A stretch of DNA of 64,000 nt. Source: the human T2T-CHM13v2.0 reference genome, Homo sapiens. The stretch lies in assembly GCF_009914755.1 (NCBI RefSeq), contig NC_060926.1. One strand, 5' to 3'. The notes under the pieces were generated by a model. It ran no database searches. It saw only the letters and a program-made list of their open reading frames with translations, and had not been told where the DNA came from. A program made the position numbers and the translations under genes. Numbering within the stretch: the stretch's first letter is position 1; every line of letters begins with the position of its first letter. Shown one piece after another: positions 12,932 through 28,560 of this stretch.

Positions 12932-13530
12932 CAAAGGGTACCAGAATGTGCACTCCAAAATATGCCACTTTATATTCTGTAAGGGATAAAAATTTATTTT
13001 TCCTTCTACCCTTCTAAGGTAGGCCACATAAGGATGATTTTGAGCTAAAGGCAATTGAGAATCAGAAGATACACAAAAAGCTCTTTAGCTCCCCCTAACC
13101 AACTAAAAGTCAAGTTTAAATTTCTCCTTTAGTAAAGTAAATTGACATTTAAAAAGGAAATTTTTATTTGTACAGCTGTCTCCCCTACGCTAATGGGGCT
13201 AGTCCAGGAGGCAGGCTTATCTCCTGAGTGACCCTTACTTGCATAACAAGAGAACTCTTATTTACTATCAGTCTCTTCCCCTCAGCTTCCCACAGTTTAC
13301 CTCCCTGACCCAGAAGTTCAAAATCCATTTTCTTTCAGTTAGCCTAAAACGTATATAAGCCTCAATCACCTGGCCACTTCTTTAAGCCACATTTTTTTTT
13401 CTGAAGTCCCACGCTTATATTTATAATAAAGTTGTTTTCTTTCTTGTTAATCTGTCTTTTATCAGTTTGAGTTATGACCCCAGTCATTGAATCTAGATGG
13501 GTAGAAGAAAAAAGACTTTTTCACCCCTAG
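12932..13530 (+). mobile_element. MER34-like ERV1 LTR
   Basis: cagaatgtgcactccaaaatatgccacttt...cataaggatgattttgagctaaaggcaattgagaa; internal TATAA and AATAAA. Confidence 0.6.
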
Positions 13531-13834
13531 AGAATATAATTAGTAAATACAGTAGTAGAGTTTAGTCATCTTTTACTCAATGCTCAGAAAAGTCCAGTTT
13601 GGCAAATATAAGAGTTGGAGTTTGTTGAAATTCACTCAAAATGTCTCAGAATAAAATTAAAATCCAGGTATTTGAGTACAGTGCCTGAGAGTGTGTTCAT
13701 GTGTGTGCACTAGAAGTTACATATCATGATACATAAAAAGCACATATTGAATTTAGCACCTTGGCAGTTACTGACCCTTGGGAATGTCATTGCTTTGTTT
13801 GTTTTGGTTCTGTCTGTTGAAGTATGTATGTACC

Positions 13835-14030
13835 AGAGTCAGACATTTTTGGTTTGAATCCTGGCTTTGACATCTAGCAACTATGTGACCTAAGGAATGT
13901 GATTGAACTCTTTGTTTCTTCACCTGTCAAAATTGCATAACCTTAATTCCTAGGTTATCAGGAAGTTAGGAGTATTAAATGAGTTAGTAATTGTAAATCA
14001 CTGGCATGCACTATATGTTCAGTATATGTT
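13835..14030 (+). mobile_element. MIR SINE
   Basis: gagtcagac...ggtttgaatcctggct...tgtgacct...tttcttcacctgtcaaaat...attaaatgagtta. Confidence 0.7.
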
Positions 14031-14199
14031 GTTGTGGCAGTGATGATACTGGCGATGACTATGATGGTGGTGGTGATGAAGCCTGATAAGCTAGCTTTTA
14101 TAGGTTTTAAGGGTAAAAGAAAGACAAGTAAATACAAGTTATAAGTATAGGTAACTCTTTTTATAACTAAATTTTTGAAGTGGTGCATGAGATAGGGCT

Positions 14200-14850
14200 C
14201 TAGTTCGTAAAAATAATCTGACCCTCCCCAAAGAAAGATATCTGCTGTTTGCCCTCAGCTTCTTGGAGTTAATTCTTGTTTGCCTAGAGGACTTGGGGTA
14301 GCCAGACAGAAACAATGTGATTTAGGGTGAGGATTGGCCATGCCTGACAGTCTTAGGGCAGAGCTGGCCAGCTAGAAAAAGTAACCAAGTCATTAGGGTG
14401 AGAGCTTTGAGTCATGTGCCATCAATTGACTTGAAATTCAACCATGGGGGAAATCAATCAATCATATTTATGTAAGGATGTCCCAATAAAAAAACCTGGA
14501 CAATGAGTCATATGTGAAATTCCTTCAGTTGGCAGTACTCTGTGCATATTGTCACACATCAATTGCAGAAGATGTAACATGTCTCAAAAACACAGGAAAA
14601 GCTTTGAATCTGAGTGTTATTTGGGATACACCCCAACCACATTCTCTACTGAATTTATGCGTCATGTCAAAAGTGAGTGTGGTCTTGTGTGGACTCTTCT
14701 CTCTAACTTTCTAATTAGACTCCAGCATTTTGAGGTTGGTTTCTGAAGCCTAGAGAAGACTTGGCCACTTGGATGACTGTGCCTTGAAACCATGAACTTG
14801 GGCTAATATGAGGTAGTCTCTAGCTGAAGGAAATTTTGTGGTTTAGGAGA
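14200..14850 (+). mobile_element. MER21/MER77-like LTR
   Basis: tcaaccatgg...aatcaatcaatcat...ccaataaaa...gttggcagtactctgtgcatattgtcacacatc. Boundaries approximate. Confidence 0.55.
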
Positions 14851-15211
14851 GTGCTTCAATTATGTTAACATAATTACTTCATTATTGTTATCAAATATGG
14901 AAAGCACCACAGGAATAAAAAAAAATATTGACAAAAGGAAAAAGAAAATCAGCCCCAAACTTACTACTAGGGGACACCAGTTGTAACACCTGGCATACCT
15001 GGTTTCATAAATATGTTAATGATCTTTATCAGTTTATTTATAACTAGAAAATTAATTGGGGATATGTTGTTTTTATAAGAATAGGATAATTCTATATATG
15101 TGGTATAAGAGTACAATATATTAAGTTAACATTGTCTTGAATTTAAAGGAAGAAAAACAAAAACAAAGTAAATGAGAATCATTGAAATATTTCAAATAAT
15201 TTAAGTGCAAG

Positions 15212-15961
15212 TGGAAACCAGAAATAAAATTCTAAGCCTTCCAACCAACTGCCATTGTTAACCAAAGTTAACCTGAAAACCTAGTTCAGGCTATGCTGGG
15301 AAGCAGGTGTCCGACATGTCTCCTTATACCTTCCTCCTGTTGGAATTCAGGCATAGCTGACCAGCATTAACATTAAAATAGAGAGCTTAAAACTAATAGA
15401 ACAGACTCTTTGAGTCTGATAAGAAACACTCCCTTCTACAGATTCTATCTTCACAATGGGAACCTTGGTCTCCACAATTCTTTATCTTAACACATTTATG
15501 CCGAAGATTGCAAATGTTTTTTGTGAAAAATCAGGACTTGGCAGTGACCTTGAACAGCAGGATACAAATAACTCCCACAAGCTTAGCGTTCCAATAATGG
15601 AACACTAGGCATAAATGAGCTAAACCAGATATGCCCTTCTATTGATTCTAGATCTTTAGACAGTAAGTGAACTCTTTAAACCAGTTGCCAGTTAGCAAAT
15701 TCTTGAATCCACCTATGACGTGGAAACCCCCCACCACTTCAAGTTATTCCACCTTTCTGGACTGAAACAATGTACATCTCACATGTATCAAATGCTGTCT
15801 ATGTCTCCCTAAAATGTATATAACCAAGCTGTAGCCCCACCACCTTGATCACATGGTTCTCAGAATCTCTTGGGGCTATGTCACAGGCCATTGGTCATTC
15901 AGATTTGGCTCAGAATAAATCTCTTCAAATATGTTACAGAGTTTGACTGTTTTCATTGACA
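15212..15961 (+). mobile_element. MER4D/MER4E-type solo LTR (contains nested MER85)
   Basis: Starts tggaaaccagaaataaaattctaag and ends gagtttgactgttttcattgaca; 4-bp TSD CAAG at 15208-15211 and 15962-15965. Confidence 0.85.
15491..15619 (-). mobile_element. MER85 non-autonomous piggyBac (PGBD3-derived) MITE
   Basis: Minus strand reads cTcatttatgcctagtgttccattattggaacgctaagc...gggagttattt...tttgcaatcttcggcataaatg. Terminal inverted repeats catttatgcc/ggcataaatg; flanked by TTAA (15487-15490) and CTAA (15620-15623). Confidence 0.9.
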
Positions 15962-16352
15962 CAAGTCATCATCTTTTCCCAAGAAAAAACTCACCAAATT
16001 TAGAAAGAATTCCGAGAACTATTGAAAATCGAAGTACTTTAAAAACTGTTGTTTCACTGTAGTTGGCTTAGATATACTCCTTTAAATTACAAAGAGATGA
16101 TGAAAAAAATTACAAAGAAATTTGTGTATTTAGAAATACTCCCAAACACTCTGCTCTTACATCCTGATTATGTGCTTAAATTACTTTTATTTTAAAGGTA
16201 ACCACCGTTCTCCAGATTTCTAAACTCAGCCTTAAGTCTAAGTGGTTTCCTCTCAAAATTACTCATTTTCAATGGCTTCCTCATTTCTGAATTTTTTATT
16301 TTGTTCATTTCTTGGTTGACTGAATTTATGACTGATGTTCTTCAATAATATC

Positions 16353-16799
16353 TGTGAAAGGAAAATCTCGGGGCCCAAAAATTACTAAGCTAAAGAAAAA
16401 AGTCAAGCTGGGAACTACTCAGAGCAAACCTGCCTCCCATTCCATTCAAACTTCTCCCTCTGCTCATTGAGATAGATGCATATCTGATTGCCTCTTTTGG
16501 AAAGGTTAATCAGAAACTCAAAAGAATGCAACCGTTTTTTCTCACCTACCTGTGACCTGGATGCCCCCTCCCTGCTTCGAGTTGTCCTGGCCTTTCTGGA
16601 CTGAACCAATGTAGTTGTTACATACATTGATTGGTGTCTCGTGTCTCCCTAAAATGTATACGACCAAGCTGTGTTCCGACCACCTTGGGCACATGTTGTG
16701 AAGACTTCCAGAGGCCGTGTCGGGGGTTCACGTCCTCAACCTTGGCAAAATAAACTTTCTAAATTAACTGAGACCTGTTTCAGATGTTTGGGGTTCACA
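16353..16799 (+). mobile_element. MER4A-type solo LTR
   Basis: tgtgaaaggaaaatctcgggg...aagtcaagctgggaact...aataaactttctaaattaactgagacc...ggggttcaca; near-TSD tatc/catc. Confidence 0.85.
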
Positions 16800-17931
16800 C
16801 ATCTAATAAATGCAATCGTCCAATAAAATGTCTCCTGATTTACTTCATTCATAATTTGCTGATATAATAACCTAAGATTATAATTTATTTTCCCATAGTT
16901 TTGGTAATAATATTTTCATCTAGGCTTAAAGGTTGTGCTTAATATGATGCCAGTCTTATCCTCTAATCTTATCATAAAAATATGATAAACATATTTTTAA
17001 CAGATAATTTATTCATTTCAAATAGAAAAATGTTAGGTAATTTTCAGACTTTAAATGGATGAAGTTGAATGTAATACTTCTCATTGATCTCTAGCTAACA
17101 AATTTCAGAATTTCAACTATCAGAAGTAAAGAATAAACCACTAGGAGGAATTTAAAATTTATTTTCAATAAGAACTAGAAACAGTAGCAGCAAAAAGCAC
17201 AGGAGTAGTCTGTTTTTCACTCATTCAGCTGTGTCAGCATCAGGTTTATGCTTGACAATTTCTCAAACAGGTGTGTGTTAGCCAGAGTGATGTCAATCAA
17301 CTAAAGGTCTCAAAGCTGAGAGACAACTTGCATGGGAAAAGATCAACAGAAAAATCTGAAACATCAGGTACCTTTACTCTAGTTTCCTTTCAAACAGCAT
17401 TATAACTTCAATTACCCCCACAACTTCATAGTCATTACCACTCAGAAAATAAATTTTAAATGTATGACAGTTATGGTCAACAAAACTAAAAATCAAATCA
17501 AAACAAAAACACGAAGGCACTTCCTAGCTTTCCTTAATAAGCAATAGTCAAAATTTAAATGACTTATCTTTGATTTCTTGCTCTTTTAGTAAATAGCCCT
17601 AATAATTTAGGTCACTTAATCTTTTTCTCTACTCTTAATTTTTCTTATCTCCTACACAACAGATTCAAGGTTTTTTGAATGGCATTCTACTCATACCTAG
17701 GTTTTTTTCTGTTTTTTTTTTCTTTTTTTATACTTTAAGTTTTACAGTACATGTGCACAATGTGCAGGTTAGTTACATATGTATACATGTGACATGCTGG
17801 TGCGTGGCACCTACTAACTCATCATCTAGCATTAGGTATATCTCCCAATGCTATCCCTCCCCCCTCCCCCCACCCCACAACAGTCCCCAGAGTGTGATGT
17901 TCCCCTTCCTGTGTCCATGTGTTCTCATTGT

Positions 17932-21773
<3,842 letters not shown>

Positions 21774-21829
21774 TTAGCTGGTTATTTTGCTTGTTAGTTG
21801 ATGCAGTTTCTTCCTAGTCTCGATGGTCT

Positions 21830-22843
21830 TTACATTTTGGCATGATTTTGCAGTGGCTGATACCGGTTGTGCCTTTCCATGTTTAGTGCTTCCTTCAGGA
21901 GCTCTTTTAGGGCAGGCCTGGTGGTGACAAAATCTCTCAGCATTTGCTTATCTGTAAAGTATTTTATTTCTCCTTCACTTATGAAGCTTGGTTTGGCTGC
22001 ATATGAAATTCTGGGTTGAAAATTCTTTTCTTTAAGAATGTTGACTATTGGCCTCCACTCTCTTCTGGCTTGTAGAGTTTCTGCTGAGAGATCCACTGTT
22101 AGTCTGATGGGCTTCCCTTTGTGGGTAACCCGAACTTTCTCTCTGGCTGCCCTTAACATTTTTTCCTTCATTTCAACTTTGGTGAATCTGACAATTATGT
22201 ATCTTGGAGTTGCTCTTCTCGAGGAGTATCTTTGTGGTGTTCTCTGTATTTCCTGAATCTGAATGTTGGCCTGCGTTGCTAGATTGGGGAAGTTCTCCTG
22301 GATAATATCCGGCAGAGTGTTTTCCAACTTGGTTCCATTCTCCCTGTCACTTTCAGGTACACCAATCAGATGTAGATTTGGTCTTTTCACATAGTCCCAT
22401 ATTTCTTGGAGGCTTTCTTCATTTCTTTTTATTCTTTTTTCTCTATACTTCCCTTCTCACTTCATTTCATTCATTTCGTCTTCCATCGCTGATACCCTTT
22501 CTTCCAGTTGATCGCATCATCTCCTGAGGCTTCTGCATTCTTCACGTAGTTCTCGAGCCTTGGCTTTCAGCTCCATCAGCTCCTTTAAGCACTTCTCTGT
22601 ATTGATTATTCTAGTTATACATTCGTCTAAATTTTTTTCAAAGTTTTTAACTTCTTTGCCTTTGGTTTGAATTTCCTGCTGTAGCTCGTAGTTTGATTGT
22701 CTGAAGCCTTCCTCTCTCAACTCGTCAAAGTCATTCTCCGTCCAGCTTTGTTCCATTGCTGGTGAGGAACTGCGTTCCTTTGGAGGAGAAGAGGTGCTCT
22801 GCTTTTTAGAGTTTCCAGTTTTTCTGCTCTGTTTTTTCCCCAT
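21830..22843 (-). pseudogene. ORF1: L1 ORF1 (p40 RNA-binding protein), disrupted
   Basis: MGKKQSRKTGNSK...YQPLQNHAKM in one frame, interrupted by TGA codons at about 22517 and 22457 (CGA>TGA type). Confidence 0.93.
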
Positions 22844-22971
22844 CTTTGTGGTTTTATCTACTTTTGGTCTTTGATGATGGTGATGTACAGATGGGTTTTT
22901 GGTGTGGATGTCCTTTCTGTTTGTTAGTTTTCCTTCTAACAGACAGGAACCTCAGCTGCAGGTCAGTTGGA

Positions 22972-23100
22972 GTTTGCTAGAGGTCCACTCCAGACCCTGT
23001 TTGCCTGGGTATCAGCAGCGGTGTCTGCAGAACAGTGGTTTTTCGTGAACCGCGAATGCTGCTGTCTGATGGTTCCTCTGGAAGTTTTGTCTCAGAGGAG
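22972..23100 (-). promoter_or_regulatory. 129-bp L1 5'UTR segment containing the ZNF93 KRAB-ZFP binding site
   Basis: 129 bp lie between ...ggtcagttgga and taccctgccgtgtgagg, which are adjacent in L1PA2/L1HS. This matches the published deletion by which younger L1s escaped ZNF93. Confidence 0.8.
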
Positions 23101-23426
23101 TACCCTGCCGTGTGAGGTGTCAGTCTGCCCCTACTTGGGCGTGCCTCCCAGTTAGGCTGCTCAAGGGTCAGGGGTCAGGGACCCACTTGAGGAGGCAGTC
23201 TGCCCTTTCTCAGATCTCCAGCTGCGTGCTGGGAGAACCACTGCTCTCTTCAAAGTTGTCAGACAGGGACATTTAAGTCTGCAGAGGTTACTGCTGTCTT
23301 TTTGTTTGTCTGTGCCCTGCCCCCAGAGATGGAACCTACAGAGGCAGGCAGGCCTCCTTGAGCTGTGGTGGGCTCCACGCAGTTGGAGCTTCCAGGCTGC
23401 TTTGTTTACCTAAGCAAGCCTGGGCA

Positions 23427-23735
23427 ATGGCGGGCGCCCCTCCCCAAGCCTCACTGCCGCCTTGCAGTTTGATCTCAGACTGCCGTGCTGGCAATCAGCG
23501 AGACTCCATGGGCGTAGGACCCTCCGAGCCAGGTGCAGGATATAATCTCCTGGTTCGCCGTTTTTTAAGCCCGTTGGAAAAGCGCAGTATTCGGGTAGGA
23601 GTGACCCGATTTTCCAGGTGCCATCTGTCACCCCTTTCTTTGACTAGGAAAGGGAACTCCCTGACCCCTTGCACTTCCCGAGTGAGGCAATGCCTCGCCC
23701 TGCTTCGGCTCGCGCACGGTGCGCACACCCACTGA
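23427..23735 (+). CDS. ORF0: L1 antisense ORF0-like peptide (102 aa, C-terminally extended form); expression unproven
   Basis: gcaATGG start; MAGAPPQASLPPCSLISDCRAGNQRDSMGVGPSEPGAGYNLLVRRFLSPLEKRSIRVGVTRFSRC... is open. Donor-like CAG|GT at 23532/23533 and 23617/23618. Confidence 0.65.
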   Translation: MAGAPPQASLPPCSLISDCRAGNQRDSMGVGPSEPGAGYNLLVRRFLSPLEKRSIRVGVTRFSRCHLSPLSLTRKGNSLTPCTSRVRQCLALLRLAHGAHTH

Positions 23736-23857
23736 CCTGCACCCACTCTCTGGCACTCCCTAGTGAGATGAACCCGGTACCTCAGATGGAAATGCAGAAA
23801 TCACCCATCTTCTGCGTCGCTCACGCTGGGAACTGTAGACTGGAGCTGTTCCTATTT

Positions 23858-23867
23858 GGCCATCTTG
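23858..23867 (-). promoter_or_regulatory. YY1 site at the L1 5' end (sense promoter)
   Basis: Minus strand CAAGATGGCC intact about 11-20 nt inside the L1 5' terminus. Confidence 0.85.
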
Positions 23868-23878
23868 GCTCCTCCTCC

Positions 23879-24009
23879 TGTTTTTGTTTTTTTTTAATTG
23901 AGACAGAGTCTCACTCTGTCACCCAGGCTGGAGTGCAGAGGCACGATCTCAAGCTTACTGCAACCTCTGCCACTGAGATTCAAGTTAGTCTCCTGCCTCA
24001 GCCTCCCAA
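23879..24009 (-). mobile_element. 5'-truncated Alu (right arm plus A-tail)
   Basis: T-run, then gagacagagtctcactctgtcacccaggctggagtgcag...ctcctgcctcagcctccca. Confidence 0.9.
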
Positions 24010-24949
24010 CATACCTAAGTATTTTGCTGAATTGCTCTGGGTGCTGGACTGAGCAAACTTAATAAAATAAAACTAAATGAATATGGATTCAATCACTTTT
24101 TACATTTTCATTAGTTTTGTGGTTTCAGTCCTGCTTGTTATCTTATTCAAAGGAGAATATAAGGTCTAGTAATAAATATAAAGTACAAGATTCATTTTAG
24201 CATAAATTTAATTATGTTATATAATGTTTTTTTCTTGTAATACAGAATACAATTTTGGCAGAGAAAAGATATGGAATATACAGTTACTTCTCAATCAGCC
24301 ATTTGTAATACATTTTCTTTTCACTCTCCATGCTTTCCTGATAACTGGCCTCAAATCCATTTTTCTTTAATATGTGACATCTTCAGGAGATATCATGATT
24401 TTTTTTCAGATTTTACTAATGTACTTGTCTCAATGAGAAGGCCTTTAAGGTTGAATACTGCATCTGCATTTTTGTGGTGCTCAATGCACAAACCATACAA
24501 ACCATACAAAGTGGAAGATTGAGATTAATCACTGAATGAAAAAATATAATGAAGAAAAGCCATGAATTCATGTCTACTGGCTACATGAGTCAATAGGAAG
24601 CAAGAATTAATTCTCTCCTGCTAAAACTTGAGCTGAGACTTATGTGTGAAAAACATGCACTGTGGAAAAATATTGTGCTGAATCCTTTGCCTCTCGATTA
24701 TTATTATTTTTATATTAGTAGTAGTGCAAACTAATTATTGCCTTTATATTCTGAAAGACCAGGGTATGAGAAATAGAATTTATTAGTTCTAATCATGCAT
24801 ATTAAAGCTGATTAGATTACCAAAATATATTCAGGTGATATAGTAGGTATTCCTCAATAGCTGAAAAGTTTAATACCTCATTTTTGAGAAAGCTGAAGAT
24901 TACAGAAGAGCTCTTCTTCTCAGAATGTTGTTAATTGCAATTTTGGTAC

Positions 24950-25425
24950 AAATTTTTTAATTCTCCCATGTCCATCAACTTTACAATGTAACCTCACAGT
25001 CCATTAGAACTGGGATCAAGTTGACATGGCCCATTGCTTTACACTGGACTATACAATGTGACTTGACTGTACAATGTGACTATTCCATTCTCCAGTGGTG
25101 TGTTAGATTGTGTACTGGGTTTTGCTCTCTTGTGTCTCTGTCATCACCATGAAATCATGCCCAGACTAATCTACTGAAAGATGAAAGACATGTGTAGCAT
25201 AGCCAAATTATCAAAGTAGCCCTAGCCAAAACCAATGTAAATCAGCAAACATTTAGCTGTTTTAAGTGAGCCTGCAACATAAGACTGAGGCTAAAATATG
25301 GGAGTGAGCAAAATTAGATCACAAAACCTGACCAGCTGATTATAGCCTAGATTGTCAACATGGGGACTAGTGGTTTAAGTAAATGCTGAAATGCTAAGCC
25401 ACTGAATTTGAGTAATAGATAACAT
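24950..25425 (+). mobile_element. Old MLT1-family MaLR LTR
   Basis: ctctgtcatcaccatgaaatcatgcccagact...ctaagccactgaatttg...gtaatagataaca. Highly diverged. Confidence 0.45.
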
Positions 25426-25600
25426 GGGCATAAAAGTCCTAATGTTTAATTACAAATCTATGCACAAAGTGAGATGTATTTCCCAACACTGCATCTTTTT
25501 ATCTTAGGAAGTAATTATAATATTTGTTGTAAAATTTAAAGTAATATGATTTAAAATACAAAATCAGTCTTGTGTTGAAATAAAAGATACTTAATTTAAT

Positions 25601-25709
25601 AAAGAGCATTTTTTGTATTGATCCTAAAGGCAATTTCATTTTTAAATGAAAAGAGCATTTTAAAAAGAGCATTTTTTTGTATTGATCGTAAAGGCAATTT
25701 CATTTTTAA
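25601..25709 (+). repeat. Local tandem duplication (about 45-bp unit, two full copies and a partial)
   Basis: aaagagcattttttgtattgatc(c/g)taaaggcaatttcatttttaa at about 25601 and 25664, with aaaagagcatttt between them. Confidence 0.9.
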
Positions 25710-25764
25710 GGGAAAATTATTACACTACAATGAGAATGAAGCAAAAAGGAATCCTAGAATTTTA

Positions 25765-25793
25765 TTCCTGACATGAATTATTCATGTCAGGAA
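25765..25793. repeat. Perfect inverted repeat, 14-bp arms with 1-nt spacer
   Basis: ttcctgacatgaat-t-attcatgtcaggaa. Confidence 0.95.
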
Positions 25794-28516
25794 GATGATG
25801 GTCAAGAAAGCTCCAAGTCCTCATTTCCCCATGTACACATAAAATTAAAAACTACAGATGACTAAAATAACTTTATAGGACCTCTGGAAACCAAATACCT
25901 ACAGCAATCAAGGAAATACCCAATCAAGAAAAAGCCATATTCAAAATGGTAGGAAATTTCATGATATTTCTACCTATCCTTGTTCCACCATTCCCCAGCA
26001 TGCAAGATATAATACAGTGGAAACAGCCTAATATCCATTCTCTGTCAGGATGGAAGAAACAGAGTGAAACTTGATTGAAATGTTCTGGCCTGTCTGTGAG
26101 TTGCCCTATTGACTGGTTTCCCTCTCACCTAACCTGGAGGCTCAGACAGTGAATGAGGGCATTGTTTGGATCTCAGGCTGGAAACTGCAAAAAGCCGTGA
26201 TGGTCACTGAGGTACAGGAAAACTTCAGACCTGCAGCTCTCTGGGAGTAAAACATTACAGGTAGAAGGATACAATAGAGTATCTAAGGCCCTTGGAAGAG
26301 ACTGGGATGAGATTTTTTTGGGGGAATTAAGACATTTAAAAGCAGTGAGGGAAATAAAAATGAATACATAGATACATAAGTAAAGCACATGCACAGGCCC
26401 AGACAGGACCCAGGCCCAAAAGACCCATTAAAATTTTGAGCATTTACCCCAAGCTGATCTGCAGACTCAGGGACCTGTTAATTACTGAAGGTCTTCTATG
26501 CCACTCTACAAAGACTAGGAGAAGTAGTTATTTTTTTTAAATGCTCAGTTTTCAACAAAAGACCACAGCATAAAGAGGGAAGTACAGCCTATTCAAAGGA
26601 ACAAAATAAATCTCCATTAAAAGCCCTAGAAGAAACACCACTATAATACTCATTAGAAAAAGAATTTTAAATAACTGTCTTAAATATGTTCGGAGAACTA
26701 AAGGAAAACAGCAACAAAGATGTAATATCAAAAAATACGTGGAAATCATAAAAAGAAGAACCTAATAGAAATTCAAGAGCTGAAAAAAATAGTAGAAAGA
26801 AATCACTAGCAAGATTCAATGACGGAAATAAGCAAAAGAAATAACAAATTTGAAGACAGGTCATTTTAAAACTATAAATCTGAAGAACAAAAGAAAGCTT
26901 ATTAAGAAAATAATAAAGCCCAAGGGGCTTATAGAATATCATCAAGTGTACCAAATTTATATTAGGTGAGTGCAAATATATTTGCAGTTTTTACATTATT
27001 GGAGTCTGAGGAAAAGAAGAGAGAAAGGGAACGAAAGAACATTTGAAGAAATAATGGCTGAAAACTTCCCAAATTTGACATAAGACATGGATATACAAAT
27101 TCAAGAAAATAAACTTCAAAATAGATCTAAGGAAAATCACACTGCATCACACAAACTGTTGAAAGACGAGAATCTTGAAAGAAACAAGAGAAAACGATGG
27201 GTTACTTACAAGGGATATTCAATAAGCCTATCAGCAGATTTCTCAGCAGAAACTCACAGGCCTGAGGCAATGTGATGATGCATTTAAAGTATTGAAAGAA
27301 TAAAAAAATTCAGCTGAGAATTCTATTGCTGACAAAGCTGTCCTTCAAAAATTAGGGGGAATTTAAGAAATTCCAAGATAAACAAAAGCTGAGGGAGTTT
27401 ATTACTAACTAGCCTTTCCCTACAAGAAATATAAAAGTGATTTTTTTCAAGTTTAAATAAGAGGGAAAGGGGCAAAACAGTAACTCCAAGATATGTGAAA
27501 GTATAAAGTTCTTCAGTAAAGTTAAATACATGGGCAGGTATTAAAGTCCTACTGCAATTTTGGTTTATAACTCAACCTTATGCTTTTTTACAAGATTCAA
27601 AAAGGAAATTCACCAAAAATGATTACATATCTATGTTGATTGATACACAATTTATAAATAGGCAATTTGTGACATCAATAAATAAAGTGTTGGTAAAGAG
27701 ATAGAGCTGGGAGGAAATAGAGATTTGGCTGTAACTGAAGTTGAGTTGATATCAATTTAAAATTGATGATCAGAATTTTAGGATGTTACATGCAATCCCC
27801 ATGGTAACTACAAAGAAGAATACATAAATTATACACAAAGGGAAATAAGAAGCAAATAAAAATATTTCACCACAGTGAATCAATACAAAGGAAGGCGAGG
27901 GAGGAAATGAGGGACGAAATGGCTGTAAGACATACAGAAAACAAAGAACATAATGGCAAAAGCATATACTTCCATATTAGTAGTTACTTTAAATGAAAAT
28001 GGGTTTAGTGTCCAAATTAAATATCATAGGTTGGCAAAATAAAGGATCCAACTCTATTTTGTTTACAACAGATTTACTTAGATGTGAGAACACAACTGTA
28101 AAGTGAAAGAAGGAAAGAGGTATTTCATACAAATAGTAACCAAGATAGAGCAGGAGTAGATGTTGTAATATAACACAAAATAGACTTTAAGTCAAAAACT
28201 TCTACAAGAGACAAAGAGAACAGTATTAAGTGTTAATTCATTGAAGTGCTAATTCATCAAGAAAATATAATCATAAACATATAGGCACCAAATATCAGAG
28301 CTCCAAAATACATTAAACAGCATTAATAAAATTGAGCAAAATAGATAGTTCTACTAGTAGGAGACTTTAATACTTCATTTGCAATAATGGATAGAACAAC
28401 CAGACAGAACATCAATGAGAGAAAAGAGAACCTGAACAATACTACAGACCAATAGGAACTAACAGAAATATATAGAATACTCCACTCAACAAAAGAATTT
28501 ATATTTTTCTCAAGTG
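25785..28516 (+). mobile_element. Old L1M (L1MA/MB-age) 5' part: 5'UTR, ORF1 remnant, ORF2 endonuclease start
   Basis: ORF1-like gaagaaataatggctgaaaacttcccaaatttg and SADFSAET (27087-27275); endonuclease-like aaatagactttaagtcaaaaact, gtaggagactttaatac, tatagaatactccac. Confidence 0.75.
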
Positions 28517-28560
28517 TTTTGTCCCTTACGCTTCAACACAAAATGTCTCGATACAGAGTC

